A stretch of 64,000 nucleotides of DNA from Promethearchaeia archaeon (GTDB lineage Archaea; Asgardarchaeota; Lokiarchaeia; Sigyniarchaeales; SOKP01), in contig JAWOCD010000056.1 in assembly GCA_046483985.1 (NCBI GenBank), positions 16,711 through 80,710 on the forward strand, read 5' to 3'. The translations under genes were made by a program, and so were the position numbers. The notes below the pieces were generated by a model. The model saw only the letters and a list, made by a program, of their open reading frames with translations, was not told the DNA's origin and ran no database searches. Positions 63,464 through 64,000 of this stretch are shown piece after piece. Position 1 is the stretch's first letter, and the number at the start of each line of letters is the position of its first letter.

Positions 63464-64000
63464 GTGAAAAAGTTCAATAAAGTTATGGTTCTATCCGCTT
63501 GTTTTTTTATTGGGTTTATGTTATTTTCTATCTTTTTTCTTTTTTCCAGTTTGCAGTATGGTGACCTAATCTTAGAATATCTATTTAATCGTGAAATAAT
63601 TTTAGCGTTATGGATAAGTATATCATCATCAACATTAGTTGTACTGATAACCCTTTTATTTGGTATTCCTACAGCGTGGCTATTGGCATATAAAGAGTTC
63701 AACTATAAATCATTCTTAGAAACATTAATTGTGGACATCCCTCATTCGTTTCCTCCGGGAGTTGTTGGAACAACATATCTCCTTATGTTTCATCCCTCTA
63801 ATTTAATGGGAAGATTATTTGAAACTTTAGGATTTAATCTTATAAATACGTTTTGGGCAATGATCTTAGTAAAAACATTCATTTCCTCTCCTTTCCTAGT
63901 GGGCATATTGACTATTAAATTTAGAGAAATCCGAAATTCTGGTTTGGAAATCATTGCACAGTCATTAGGGGCTTCTCAAGTTAAATCCTTTAAGACGGTA
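63464..64000 (+). CDS. ABC transporter permease, ModB/WtpB/CysTW-like (N-terminal part, runs off window)
   Basis: Absent from the track. My translation from the GTG at 63464 (or the ATG at 63485) is open for 179 codons to the window end. It reads ...GIPTAWLLAYKEF...DIPHSFPPGVVGTTYLLMF...SSPFLVGILTIKFREIRNSGLEIIAQSLGASQVKSFKTV, with the EAA-loop-like region of binding-protein-dependent permeases. The minus ORF 63457-63702 is its shadow. Confidence 0.7.
   Translation, partial: MKKFNKVMVLSACFFIGFMLFSIFFLFSSLQYGDLILEYLFNREIILALWISISSSTLVVLITLLFGIPTAWLLAYKEFNYKSFLETLIVDIPHSFPPGVVGTTYLLMFHPSNLMGRLFETLGFNLINTFWAMILVKTFISSPFLVGILTIKFREIRNSGLEIIAQSLGASQVKSFKTV

Noticed and set aside
1-64000. Search for rRNA, tRNA, CRISPR arrays, IS elements and inteins across the window
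   Set aside because: I found none of the following: T-loop/acceptor-type tRNA signatures (GGTTCGAATCC-like), regularly spaced direct repeats, transposase- or integrase-like ORFs, or intein blocks. Visual scanning can miss tRNAs, so tRNAscan-SE or Infernal should confirm.

Overview
AT-rich, gene-dense chromosomal segment with about 58 protein-coding genes on both strands. It reads as archaeal. Supporting features are a free-standing archaeal-type ThrRS editing domain, formylmethanofuran dehydrogenase B/D/A-like genes, oligo-T terminators and short Shine-Dalgarno-like sites. It also carries eukaryote-like signature proteins: two Roadblock/LC7 genes (one very close to dynein light chain roadblock) and a vWA protein with two C4HC3 (PHD-type) zinc fingers. 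These suggest an Asgard (Loki-like) archaeon, which is inference only. I recognised no rRNA, tRNA, CRISPR array, transposase or integrase. Housekeeping content includes MetRS, thiolase, Hpt, two nucleotide-sugar dehydrogenases, M20 and M28 peptidases, MoxR plus CoxE-like vWA, a GH3 glycosidase and MFS transporters. The observations most worth follow-up are: (1) A five-copy family of non-coding hairpin elements with conserved loop and tail and compensatory stem changes (12.2 kb, 33.6 kb, 59.8 kb, 61.1 kb); I cannot assign it to any RNA family. (2) A recurring GAATA-N2-TATTC palindrome, including a perfect 20-bp palindrome, upstream of the OsmC, DUF5320-DtxR, DUF89 and NifX-like/COG1149 transcription units; this may be a small regulon. 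(3) A poorly characterised Mrp / radical-SAM / NifX-like / 2x ferredoxin-inserted MinD-like ATPase cluster. It sits directly upstream of an atypical Fwd-like module that has no FwdC in the window and HxH changed to HxN in the FwdA-like protein. (4) A rearrangement hotspot at 37-43 kb. It contains a microhomology-mediated partial duplication of a ZIP transporter gene, a ~2.8-kb block (MscS-like, 450-aa wHTH protein, truncated histidine-kinase fragment) bracketed by 43-bp direct repeats, and remnants of a membrane-protein paralogue. (5) Several unusual proteins: a divergent RtcB-like protein, a 986-aa wHTH coiled-coil protein with four copies of an unrecognised ~65-aa repeat, and a heavily N-glycosylation-sequon-rich 1358-aa surface protein. 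All functional calls rest on motif recognition by eye and on remembered family signatures. No database search was possible.
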